A DNA stretch of 64,000 nt from an uncultured virus (IMG/VR IMGVR_UViG_3300002835_015924) (taxonomy: Duplodnaviria > Heunggongvirae > Uroviricota > Caudoviricetes): the IMG/VR virus record IMGVR_UViG_3300002835_015924. One strand, written 5' to 3'. Positions 53,901 through 63,314 of this stretch are shown piece after piece. How positions within the stretch are numbered: the first letter of the stretch is position 1; each line of letters opens with the position of its first letter. Below the pieces are notes generated by a model. It made no database searches. It was given only the letters and a program-made list of their open reading frames with translations, and was not told the DNA's origin. A program made the position numbers and the translations under genes.

Positions 53901-55135
53901 GTCTCTTTTGTACAATTTCCCACTCGAAAATATTTCTGGTTTTGTGAAAATCTTTCATAGAAACCATTAGGGTCTAATACAATTTTATCTTTTAGTAAGT
54001 TTTGTGTTTCAATATTATTTTCATCAATTTTTTTAGAAAAAATGATTACACAATCCACTTGTTTAATCATTTCATTGATATCATCACACAAAAGTATTAA
54101 TTCATTAATTGAATTTTGGTTTACATGTTCATCATATGCAAAAACTTTATGCCCATGATCTATTAACCAATAGCAAGTTTCTAAAGCAGTAGATCTTCTC
54201 AATGTGCTTGTGTCACTCTTGTAAGCTAATCCCACTACTCCTACTTTAACAGTTTTGTTTTTAAAAATTTGTTTTATTTTATCACAACACCAATGATTTT
54301 GAATATTGTTGGTTCTCATGATAGATGATATTAAAGGTATATTCTTAAAATTATTTTTGAGAAAATTACTGTCGCGCGCTAAAGTTGCACCTGCAAAACC
54401 CAATCCTGATCTTAATGGCAATGATTTACCTACTCTTGCTTCGCTTCTGAAGCCCTCTTCCACTTCTTGAATGTTAGCTTGAGTTTGTTCACAAATTCGA
54501 GAAATTTCATTAGAAAAAGAAATGCATGTTGCTAAAAATGCGTTAATTGTGTGTTTGACCATTTCTGCTGATTCAGTTTTCATCCAAATAATTTTTGGAG
54601 AAATTTTACGAAATACTGGTTCAAAATATTGACGATCACTATCTTTTCTTAAACCTACGATAATTCTGTCAGGGTTAAGAAAGTTTTCAATTGATTGCCC
54701 TAACCTCAAATTTTCAGGAGAGCATGCAATTTTAGCCAAGGGATATTCTTTCTCGATTATAGCAATAGATCCCACTGGTAATTGTGAAGAAACTATTATG
54801 TGTGCATTTGATTTTATCTTTAATACTTGCCTGATATTATTCAATACAAATTCGCTATCAGCTACATCATTATCATCTACAGGTGTATCAAAAGTTACCC
54901 AAATTAAATCACTATTTACAACACAAGAAACATCATAATCAAAACTTAAAAATTGTTTGTAATCTTCAAAAAATTTTTCAATGCCTGGTTCATGAATGGG
55001 AAAGATGTTATTTTTTAAGTCCTCAATTACTTTTTGATTTTTGTCGAGACAAACTACAGACAATCCCTTCGAAGCAAGACTGGCGGCTGTTACAATACCT
55101 AAATGATACATTCCAAAAACACAAATTTTATGCAT
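53894..55135 (-). CDS. UDP-glucose/GDP-mannose dehydrogenase family protein lacking the catalytic Cys (LmbL-like)
   Basis: VFGMYHLG, FDTP, SPENLRLG, SAEMVKH..NAFLA, GFAGATLARD, GLAYK. Confidence 0.85.
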   Translation of the reverse strand: MHKICVFGMYHLGIVTAASLASKGLSVVCLDKNQKVIEDLKNNIFPIHEPGIEKFFEDYKQFLSFDYDVSCVVNSDLIWVTFDTPVDDNDVADSEFVLNNIRQVLKIKSNAHIIVSSQLPVGSIAIIEKEYPLAKIACSPENLRLGQSIENFLNPDRIIVGLRKDSDRQYFEPVFRKISPKIIWMKTESAEMVKHTINAFLATCISFSNEISRICEQTQANIQEVEEGFRSEARVGKSLPLRSGLGFAGATLARDSNFLKNNFKNIPLISSIMRTNNIQNHWCCDKIKQIFKNKTVKVGVVGLAYKSDTSTLRRSTALETCYWLIDHGHKVFAYDEHVNQNSINELILLCDDINEMIKQVDCVIIFSKKIDENNIETQNLLKDKIVLDPNGFYERFSQNQKYFRVGNCTKETW

Positions 55136-55150
55136 ACTAGATTTATACAT

Positions 55151-56218
55151 TTATAATCGAGCTGCGATGCCATCTATATGCTCGTCACTAACATAAAATC
55201 CCGCATGCGAAACATGGGAATTTACAGGTAAACCATAGTACTCAGCATCAAGGGCAGAAGCAATAGGATATATATTGTTTAATTGCTGAGTGAATACAAA
55301 TTCAAATACTTTGATGTTTTTCCTTGCAAATATGGCATTATAACATACTCCACCGTTAGCAGCAACCATGGCATACAAATTGTTAAAAATATGTATCGTT
55401 TGATCAAATGAAAATTTTTCTGATTCATAAATTATGAATTCTTTTCCAATTTTTTTGCAAGCGTGTTGTAGTGCTAAAATTAATTTGTCTTCGTTAAAAA
55501 TTCTTCTATTTCTGTATCTAGGACAATAAATTACATATCTATCTTCAGTTTTAACATTTTTTAAAAATGAATCATTAATTTCTTCATAAAAAAAAGTGTT
55601 CCAGCTTTCAACTGGAACTTCAAAATTAGAATCAAAAATATAACAATTTTTAGATTCAAAAAAATTAAAGTTGGGCGATGGATATGGATCATTACTTATA
55701 TTATCTGGCTGAAATAAAATTTCATTTTGTAAACCAAATTTTTCCCAAATGTAATTTAATACTGTTTTATTTTGATAAGATAACAGTATTTTAATATCTT
55801 TGTTATCTTTTAAAATATCTTTACAAAATCCAATCATAGGCAATGAGTCTTGAATAAAATGAGGAAATGTAACGGTTCCGTAATTTTCAGCCGAAAAAAG
55901 CTCCCCTTCATATTTATTGTTTAAATTCATTACAGGAGAATGATATTGTCCAAGCCCAGATGGCCTGGGAAACTGAGATCTTAGTGAACAATTTTGATAT
56001 TTAATAATTTTGAATTCAGTAAATGGCAATAAAAATGGTGCGCCTTTATAAAGTTTGTGATCAACGTTGCCAGTCCAAGGATTATGACTCCATGCACTTA
56101 CAGTTCTTTTTGATGTTTCAAGTAAATCAATATCATCTTGAGAAAATACTTTCCAATCTTTTGAATAATATTTTTCCTCCAAGGACAAGATTTTATGTTT
56201 AAGTATTACTGGATTCAT
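55151..56218 (-). CDS. Glycosyltransferase family 61 (DUF563)-like
   Basis: HFIQDSLP, R..RRIFNE, SFDQTI.IF, VAANGG..YNAIF, VFEF. Confidence 0.7.
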   Translation of the reverse strand: MNPVILKHKILSLEEKYYSKDWKVFSQDDIDLLETSKRTVSAWSHNPWTGNVDHKLYKGAPFLLPFTEFKIIKYQNCSLRSQFPRPSGLGQYHSPVMNLNNKYEGELFSAENYGTVTFPHFIQDSLPMIGFCKDILKDNKDIKILLSYQNKTVLNYIWEKFGLQNEILFQPDNISNDPYPSPNFNFFESKNCYIFDSNFEVPVESWNTFFYEEINDSFLKNVKTEDRYVIYCPRYRNRRIFNEDKLILALQHACKKIGKEFIIYESEKFSFDQTIHIFNNLYAMVAANGGVCYNAIFARKNIKVFEFVFTQQLNNIYPIASALDAEYYGLPVNSHVSHAGFYVSDEHIDGIAARL

Positions 56219-57156
56219 GATTTTTTATTTAAAATTAATGATTTGATTTCATGATGCGAAAGTTTATCGCAGCTTTGTGTGTTGTATTCTGATTCTAAAT
56301 GATTCTCTAATGTATTCTTTTCATTAAGATGCAAAAGCAGAAAAACATTTTTGTAAACTTCAGTATATTCATATTCAGAATTCGAAATTAAATTTTCATA
56401 CATTCTTTCTCCAGGCCTAACAGGCATACTTTCATAATCACAATTATAAATTTCGCAAAAAACATTCAGCAATTCTTCAATTGTGCATGATTTCATTTTG
56501 CAGCTCAAAATTTTGCCTTCTACTTCCTCAATATTATCTAGGGCAGTTTTGATCAGATTTACTGCCTCATCCACAGAAAAGAAAAATCTTGTCATGTCTT
56601 TATTGGTAATAGTTGGCTTTTTGCCATTTTTGACCAAATCTTCCCAAATCGGAAACACTGAACCAGATGACCAAGTGACATTACCATATCTGACGCAACA
56701 GATTTTAGTTGTTTCACAAGAAGATAAAGTGTAAAGTTTTTCCATCGTTGCTTTTGTTAAACCGTAAAGATTTTTGATTGGTGGAGACGCTTTGTCTGTA
56801 GAAATGCCTATTAATTTTTCCACAGAATATTTAAGACACAAATCTAATACATTTTTGGAGCCAATTAAGTTGTTTGTAAAACATTCAGAAGGAAATTTTT
56901 CAGCCCAATCAACAAATTTAGTGGCAGCAGCATGAATAACATAATTAGGTTTGTGTGTCATAAACACTTTCTCTAATTCATTTATGTTGCTGACATCACA
57001 AGGATAAAGCTCCACTTGTGAATTTTTAAGTTTTACATTGAATAAATTTTTATTATTTCTGGATACACCTACAACTTTGTAACCAAGTTTTACATAATGA
57101 TCACACAAACTCTGTCCCAAAAATCCACTTGCTCCAGTGATTAAAATTGTTTTCAT
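56215..57156 (-). CDS. UDP-GlcNAc 4,6-dehydratase-like (PseB/CapD family)
   Basis: ITGASGFLG, HAAATK, STDKA, YGLTK, VRYGNV..S.GSV, MTRFF, RPGE. Confidence 0.88.
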   Translation of the reverse strand: MKTILITGASGFLGQSLCDHYVKLGYKVVGVSRNNKNLFNVKLKNSQVELYPCDVSNINELEKVFMTHKPNYVIHAAATKFVDWAEKFPSECFTNNLIGSKNVLDLCLKYSVEKLIGISTDKASPPIKNLYGLTKATMEKLYTLSSCETTKICCVRYGNVTWSSGSVFPIWEDLVKNGKKPTITNKDMTRFFFSVDEAVNLIKTALDNIEEVEGKILSCKMKSCTIEELLNVFCEIYNCDYESMPVRPGERMYENLISNSEYEYTEVYKNVFLLLHLNEKNTLENHLESEYNTQSCDKLSHHEIKSLILNKKS

Positions 57157-57206
57157 TTAATTCTTATACACATTTCTGTTACAAAATACAAATGTATAAT
57201 TAAGTT

Positions 57207-58055
57207 ATGGATAAAATAAATCTAATAATTACTTGTTATGATGGAGCGCGAAGACAAAAGTATAATAACTCAATTTCAAATCTCAAATTGCAAAATTACA
57301 CATTAAATAATTTCAAGCATTCAATTTCGCAAGTAACTCTTGTTTGCACCACAGATTCAAATTATAGCAATACATTTAAATCGGAAATATCTGAATTTGA
57401 AAAATCATCAAAATTTAAAACGGAAATTCTTTTTAGAGAAAATGTTGGTGCAAGTTATGGCTCATTTAATCATGCTTATCTAAGATATAGAACAGATTTT
57501 GATCAATATATTTTCCTGGAAGACGATTATGTTTTTAGTTGTGATTATTTTGATGAGATAATGATGAGTAAAATGTATCTTTCTGAAAACTGCGGTTTTG
57601 TGTGTTCGTTAGCAGATAAAACAAACAATCCTCATGCAGCTATTTCTGTTGGAATGATTAACACAAAGGCATTAGAAAAAATTATTAATGACAAAGGTCA
57701 ACTTTCTTTTGCTGGTGATAACGTTTACAGGGGAGAGTCAGGACATGAATATGCTGGACAATATTTATTTTCTAAAGACATAATTGATTCTGGTTTCAAT
57801 ATTGTTGATTGCACTCCTGATTACGATTCTTGGTTTTTTGGTTGCCAGGACAACAATGACACAGTGATGTGTTTTTCTGAAACCATTAAAAACAAACATT
57901 TTGTTGTCCCAGTTCAAATTTTTAAAGACCTCAACAGTGGTAAGCAACTACCTGTCACAAAAAACGAATTTTTGTCGCGACACTACAATTATTCAGTATA
58001 TTCTTGCGGAATACAGGGTTTGTCTTATTTGCAAAGTTATCTTGAAGAAAATTAA
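57207..58055 (+). CDS. Putative GT-A fold glycosyltransferase
   Basis: RENVGASYGSF, YIFLEDDY. Confidence 0.55.
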   Translation: MDKINLIITCYDGARRQKYNNSISNLKLQNYTLNNFKHSISQVTLVCTTDSNYSNTFKSEISEFEKSSKFKTEILFRENVGASYGSFNHAYLRYRTDFDQYIFLEDDYVFSCDYFDEIMMSKMYLSENCGFVCSLADKTNNPHAAISVGMINTKALEKIINDKGQLSFAGDNVYRGESGHEYAGQYLFSKDIIDSGFNIVDCTPDYDSWFFGCQDNNDTVMCFSETIKNKHFVVPVQIFKDLNSGKQLPVTKNEFLSRHYNYSVYSCGIQGLSYLQSYLEEN

Positions 58056-58990
58056 ATTCGGTTTATAAATTCTAAAACTTTTATCTCATTTGATAAATCA
58101 GTGGGAATGTTTTCAGAAATTTTATTTAAGAACAATAAAGTGTCTTCAATCCAAAAATTTCCATTAAGCTCTTGTTGAGAAGTTTCTGGAATTTTTCCTG
58201 GCCCAGTATCAGAATGAGTGATGAAAGTAAAGTCTCCGTTTCTTGCATTCACATTTTTGATTTCATATTTACAATCTTTCAAGTTCAAAGCAAAACTGAA
58301 ATTCTTTTTCCAATCAGAACAAGATGCAAATAAACTTGCTACCGCATTAGTCTCGTTGTTTTTTAAAATTGCCATTGCCACGTCTTCTCCAGCACTTTTC
58401 CAATAAGAGTTAGCCTTTGACCCACTAACTAATTCAAGATTTGGATCACAAAGCAAAGACATGTGAATTATGTGTGTGAGTAAATCATAACTTACGCCAC
58501 CTCCCTGTGAATTTTCTCTCATCCTCCACTCTTTATCGTATCCATCTCTTGCGCCATGACAATAGTTTCCTAAAATTGAATGAGGCTTGTCTTTCAAATA
58601 ATTTCTACTTTTTAAAATATTTCCTATTGTATATCCAACGTGACAAACAAGATTTTTTTTCTGAGCTGTTTCATTTAATTTTTGTAACTCTTCTACTGTT
58701 ACGGCCCCAGGTTTTTCGACCATTACATGTTTTCCGGCTTCTAAGGCTTTTATTGAATAATCGTAAAGAAACTGATGAGGTGTGCATACAAAAACTGCGT
58801 CAACCATAGTCATCATTGTATCAAAATCCACTGATACAGCATCAAATGTTTCGCAAAATTTTCTTTCTATTTTGTCGTAGCCATCCAAGCAACAAACTAC
58901 CTGGTCTTTTTCAAAAGCTTTTGCTCTTTCAAATGTTGCTAAACCGCAACCAATAAAACCGCATTTTAGATTTCTTATTTCTACACTCAT
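58052..58990 (-). CDS. Gfo/Idh/MocA oxidoreductase (LmbZ-like)
   Basis: GFIGCG, VCTPH, KHVMVEKP, YCHGARDGYDKEWR, GGGVSYDLLTH. Confidence 0.88.
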   Translation of the reverse strand: MSVEIRNLKCGFIGCGLATFERAKAFEKDQVVCCLDGYDKIERKFCETFDAVSVDFDTMMTMVDAVFVCTPHQFLYDYSIKALEAGKHVMVEKPGAVTVEELQKLNETAQKKNLVCHVGYTIGNILKSRNYLKDKPHSILGNYCHGARDGYDKEWRMRENSQGGGVSYDLLTHIIHMSLLCDPNLELVSGSKANSYWKSAGEDVAMAILKNNETNAVASLFASCSDWKKNFSFALNLKDCKYEIKNVNARNGDFTFITHSDTGPGKIPETSQQELNGNFWIEDTLLFLNKISENIPTDLSNEIKVLEFINRI

Positions 58991-59027
58991 AAATATTTTA
59001 TACATTGACTAGCTGTATAATAACCAT

Positions 59028-60005
59028 ATGTCTAATGAATTAAATGAAGGAATATTTTCGTCATCTGCACCTTTGAGAATTCCTATTGCTGGCGGCGGCA
59101 CAGATCTTCCAGAATATTACACTAGACATGGTGGTTTTTGGCTATCACTTGCAATTAACAAATCTGTCAATGTTTACTTGTTAAAAAATATATTAGGAAA
59201 ATATTTCATTCATTACAAGAATAATGAAATTTGCGATAATGTTGATGAAATCAAACACCCAATTGTTAAAAATCTTTTAAAGAAATTCGATATTAATCAA
59301 TCTTTAACAATTCATTCTATTTCGGAGTTGCCAGGAAATTCTGGTTTAGGTAGTTCTTCAGCTTTCTCTTTATGCATGATCAAAGCTTTATCTAAAATTA
59401 GCAATGAATATATTGAAAACATTCCTGATTATGTTTATGATTTTGAAAGAAATATCTTGAACGAGTTTGTTGGTAAACAAGATTCTTGGGCGGCTTATTG
59501 TGGGGGACTTAAGGCTTTTTCATGTGATTCAAACGGAAAAATGTCTGTATCAAATATTTGCACTAGTTCTGAAGTATCTGTTTTGTGTGAGCACCTACTA
59601 TTGGTACAAGCAGGCAAACAAAGATTCGCAAATGAAATTTTAAAATCTCAAGCAAACAAATTGACCACTGATAAAGCTTTTGAAGATAAATATCACAAAA
59701 CTAAAGAAATGGCTTACGAAGTTATGGATTTATTAAAAAACATGGATATTTATAACTACGGAAAACTTGTTGATCGTCATTGGCAAAATAAATTAGCAGC
59801 TTTCAGTAATCAGTTTGATAGTGCAGTTTTTGAAGTTTATAATGAACTTATGTCAAAAGGAGCTATAGGAGCTAAACTGTGCGGTGCTGGAAATTCAGGA
59901 TTTATGCTTGCTGTATTTCCTTCACGAAACCAATTAAATGATTTTGTGAAGGAAACCAAATGTCTGTATATCAAAGTGAAACCTGATTTTATAGGACTAA
60001 AATAA
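59028..60005 (+). CDS. GHMP sugar-phosphate 1-kinase (HddA/LmbP-like)
   Basis: APLRI..GGGTDLP, PGNSGLGSSS, GKQD, GAKLCGAG. Confidence 0.9.
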   Translation: MSNELNEGIFSSSAPLRIPIAGGGTDLPEYYTRHGGFWLSLAINKSVNVYLLKNILGKYFIHYKNNEICDNVDEIKHPIVKNLLKKFDINQSLTIHSISELPGNSGLGSSSAFSLCMIKALSKISNEYIENIPDYVYDFERNILNEFVGKQDSWAAYCGGLKAFSCDSNGKMSVSNICTSSEVSVLCEHLLLVQAGKQRFANEILKSQANKLTTDKAFEDKYHKTKEMAYEVMDLLKNMDIYNYGKLVDRHWQNKLAAFSNQFDSAVFEVYNELMSKGAIGAKLCGAGNSGFMLAVFPSRNQLNDFVKETKCLYIKVKPDFIGLK

Positions 60006-60034
60006 CGGCAATTTTATGCAGTTTTTTTAAAACA

Positions 60035-60799
60035 TCATAGCTTATCTTTGTATCTCTCAGGAATGACAGATATTCCCTGTATTAATGCCGCATCATACCA
60101 TTCAGACCTCAATTTTTCATCTTTTTTGAATTGGTGAAATCCTGGTTGACCTGGGTTTGGCCCAAAATTAGGATGCAGATTTTTAGCGTCCACAAAGTTT
60201 GCTCGTCTTGCATTATCAATTCTGAAATCAAACAGTTTTAAATGAAAGTTCATCAAATCTTCATCTCTTGCAACTACTGGTTCACTCGAGTGAAATCCCA
60301 ACCCATAACTTTTTACTGGTTTTCTTATGATTACCAACTTGTCTTCTGCATCATCTTTATAAAAATAGTGTCTTTGGGAAAGAATTTTAAGATGATGGTT
60401 GTAAGGCTCTTCATCTTCAATGATATTAATAACGGTATAACCATTCACTTTGATATAGTCTTGTTGATTTAACTCAATGTAATGCTTTAAGTCTTTATAC
60501 TTATCTGGGTCTGGAATAAAGTATTGATCAGCTTCTGCAAAAATTACTACATCGTAATCTTTCAGTAGATTTTGTTGTGATTCCATAACTACTTGAATAT
60601 GACTGGCAACATCAGCATGATATTGTGGATTATACTCAATAAGATTTACTTTTTCATCAAACATTCGTATGAATGGATCTTTGTCAGGCTCCACTATGGC
60701 AAACAAATTTTCATATCCAAAAAGCTGTCCATAATAATTTTGCCAAATATTAGTGAAAAAGAATTCTTTATAAAAAATTCCCAATACCGCTATTTTCAT
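60035..60799 (-). CDS. GT-A fold glycosyltransferase (GT2-like)
   Basis: IWQNYYG..FG.ENL, IFAEADQYFIPDP; paralog of 51559..52395. Confidence 0.7.
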   Translation of the reverse strand: MKIAVLGIFYKEFFFTNIWQNYYGQLFGYENLFAIVEPDKDPFIRMFDEKVNLIEYNPQYHADVASHIQVVMESQQNLLKDYDVVIFAEADQYFIPDPDKYKDLKHYIELNQQDYIKVNGYTVINIIEDEEPYNHHLKILSQRHYFYKDDAEDKLVIIRKPVKSYGLGFHSSEPVVARDEDLMNFHLKLFDFRIDNARRANFVDAKNLHPNFGPNPGQPGFHQFKKDEKLRSEWYDAALIQGISVIPERYKDKL

Positions 60800-61782
60800 T
60801 ATTTATCATTCCTTGTAAAAACCCATTGATTGTTAAGAATCCAATCCACAGTATCAAAAACACTTTGCCTAAGATCATACTTAGGATTCCAGCCTGTGGA
60901 AATTAATTTGTCTACACAGGGCATTACTACAGGATTGTCCCCAACCCAGCCAGTGGCTTCTTTCCCGTATTCAATTTCACCCTTATAATTGGTTCTTTCT
61001 AAAATAGCATTTACAGAATACTTTAGCTTCATAGCATTTGGGTGTCCAACATTAAATGCCTCAAATTGTGTTTTTGAATCATAGTTAATTAAATGAATGA
61101 TTGCATCTACCGCATCTTGAATGTGTAAATAAGATTTTAGCTGTCCTCCTGAACCAAGAATATTAAGTTTTTTGTCGCCATTCAAAATATTCTTAACAAA
61201 ATCGTATACGTGTCCATGAGAATATCTTGCACCCAGCATGCTAACAAAACGCATTGAATAAACTTGCAAGTCAAAAGTATTTGCAAATCCCTCTAGAATT
61301 TTTTCGCTTGCGATTTTTGTGGCAGCATATACTGAAGTTTGATCGCATATTTCATCTTCTTTGGATGGATACAAATTGGGGTCTCCATAAACTGAACAAG
61401 TGGATGCAAAAAGAAACTTTTTAGTTCCAGCTTTGATAGCTGCCTCTATTAAGTAATTTGTAACATTAATGTTTTTTTCTAAGCACTCTGAGTAGTTATT
61501 TTTGTTATTGCTGATGTCAGCTAAGGCAGCTAAATGAACAATACAATCAACGTTTTCTAACACTGAACTTGAAAAAGAACTATCAATTGTTTTCTTGTTG
61601 AAAGAAAATCTTTCATTGCCTTTATATGGCAGCAAATGCTCCACAAATCCGGTGGATAAATTATCGTAAGCAATAATTTTGTAGTCCGTAGTGTTGAGAA
61701 TTTTTTCTACTAGATTTGTTCCAACAAATCCAGCAGCACCTGTAATTAAAATTGTTTTTGAGGATTGAGTGTTTTGGCTCAT
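60799..61782 (-). CDS. NAD-dependent nucleotide-sugar epimerase/dehydratase
   Basis: ITGAAGFVG, HLAA, STCSVYG, YAATK, YSHGHVYDF, GWVGD; start set by GTACAA-N8-ATG. Confidence 0.9.
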   Translation of the reverse strand: MSQNTQSSKTILITGAAGFVGTNLVEKILNTTDYKIIAYDNLSTGFVEHLLPYKGNERFSFNKKTIDSSFSSSVLENVDCIVHLAALADISNNKNNYSECLEKNINVTNYLIEAAIKAGTKKFLFASTCSVYGDPNLYPSKEDEICDQTSVYAATKIASEKILEGFANTFDLQVYSMRFVSMLGARYSHGHVYDFVKNILNGDKKLNILGSGGQLKSYLHIQDAVDAIIHLINYDSKTQFEAFNVGHPNAMKLKYSVNAILERTNYKGEIEYGKEATGWVGDNPVVMPCVDKLISTGWNPKYDLRQSVFDTVDWILNNQWVFTRNDK

Positions 61783-61830
61783 ATTATTTTTTGTACACAG
61801 ATTTACCTTATTTAAACGTATAAAAAAAGT

Positions 61831-62754
61831 ATGAGTAAAATCGCTGTATTTGGTGGCCTTGGGTTTATTGGACAAAATTTATGTAAAGATCTTCTACAGG
61901 ATAATGAAGTAATTATCTTTGACAATCATTCTAATCCCTCTCGTTTATCTGGCGAATTGGACTACTATGTTTCTGATGCTAGAATCAAAAGAGAAGTGGA
62001 TGATTTTTTTGAACAACACCAATTTGATGCAGTCATTAATCTAGTTGCAAATGCTGACATTCAAGTGTCCACCACTGACCGATTCATTGACTTTGAATTA
62101 TCCCCAATAACTAATTTGAACATTTTAGCCGCTTGCGAAAAGAATAATGTTCCTAAATATGTTTATTTCTCAGGCTCTGGTGTTTATGGCCCCTCAGAAG
62201 ACTTGACACCCAAATATGAAAGTGACGCATCATTAAATTGCCCATCTATGTACGCTTGTTCAAAAATTTCTTGTGAATCGTTTGCCACTGCATTTGCAAA
62301 TACTTCCGATATGTCAGTAGCTATTTTACGACCTGCAAACATTATTGGGCCAGGTTTGACTCATGGCTTGATTTATGATGTTTTGCTGAGAATCAAAAAT
62401 AACAGAGAACAAATACACATTTTAGGAAATGGCACTCAACAAAAATCTTATATTCACACTGACGATATTATTTCTGGTGTTAGATTTATGTTGGATACAA
62501 ACGAAAAAGTTTCCATTTTCAACATAGCATCTGATGACACTATTACTGTTAAAGAAATTGTTGATGAAATTATCGAGCAAACAGGTTTTGGTACAAAAGT
62601 AAATTATGGAGAAAAAAATATAGGATGGGTTGGCGATGTTCCAAAAATTCAATTAAATTGTGATAAATTAAAGTCCATTGGGTGGAGTCCTAAATATAAT
62701 TCCAAGCAAGCTGTTTACGAATCCGTAAAGGCTAATCTTGATTTATTGTTTTAG
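61831..62754 (+). CDS. NAD-dependent nucleotide-sugar epimerase/dehydratase
   Basis: FGGLGFIG, SGSGVYG, YACSK, THG, GWVGDV. Confidence 0.9.
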   Translation: MSKIAVFGGLGFIGQNLCKDLLQDNEVIIFDNHSNPSRLSGELDYYVSDARIKREVDDFFEQHQFDAVINLVANADIQVSTTDRFIDFELSPITNLNILAACEKNNVPKYVYFSGSGVYGPSEDLTPKYESDASLNCPSMYACSKISCESFATAFANTSDMSVAILRPANIIGPGLTHGLIYDVLLRIKNNREQIHILGNGTQQKSYIHTDDIISGVRFMLDTNEKVSIFNIASDDTITVKEIVDEIIEQTGFGTKVNYGEKNIGWVGDVPKIQLNCDKLKSIGWSPKYNSKQAVYESVKANLDLLF

Positions 62755-62765
62755 AACTCCCTAAT

Positions 62766-63314
62766 TTATAGCGCGTTCACTAAATAGTGCCAAAAAACTG
62801 CTTGTAAACTTTCGGCCACTGGTGTAATCATAGCTGAATCAGAAGGACAAAAATGAATGCATGCGTGTGCTTTCTGTTTTGTGTAACCTCCATCTCTAGA
62901 AACTATACCTAAAATATAGGCTTCTTTTTTAATTGCGTAATCAATTGCTTTGACAATATTTCTGGAGGTGGTTTCTGATCCTCCTCCAACACTAAACACA
63001 ATGATCGCATCTTTCTCTTCCAAATTGCTTGTCATCAAGCTTGATTCAAAACAATCTTCAAAACTTACATCATTGATATATGCTGTAAGCTCTGAAACAT
63101 TATCTACTGGGGTCAATGCATCAATTCCTCCAATTTTCCTAAAGTCATTTACTGCATGGGAGCAATTAGCGGCTGAACCACCTACTCCCAAGAAAAAAAT
63201 TCTACCCTTTCGCTCTTTCACTAGTTTAATGATGCTCACAAATTCTTGCAAAGTTTCTTCACTCACTTGCGAAATGCATTCTTCTACTGCTTTTATGTAT
63301 TCTTTATAAATCAT
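62766..63314 (-). CDS. SIS-domain sugar-phosphate isomerase (GmhA/LmbN-like)
   Basis: LGVGGSAANCSHAVNDFRK, DNVSELTA..ND, FSVGGG, AESLQ..WH. Confidence 0.9.
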   Translation of the reverse strand: MIYKEYIKAVEECISQVSEETLQEFVSIIKLVKERKGRIFFLGVGGSAANCSHAVNDFRKIGGIDALTPVDNVSELTAYINDVSFEDCFESSLMTSNLEEKDAIIVFSVGGGSETTSRNIVKAIDYAIKKEAYILGIVSRDGGYTKQKAHACIHFCPSDSAMITPVAESLQAVFWHYLVNAL

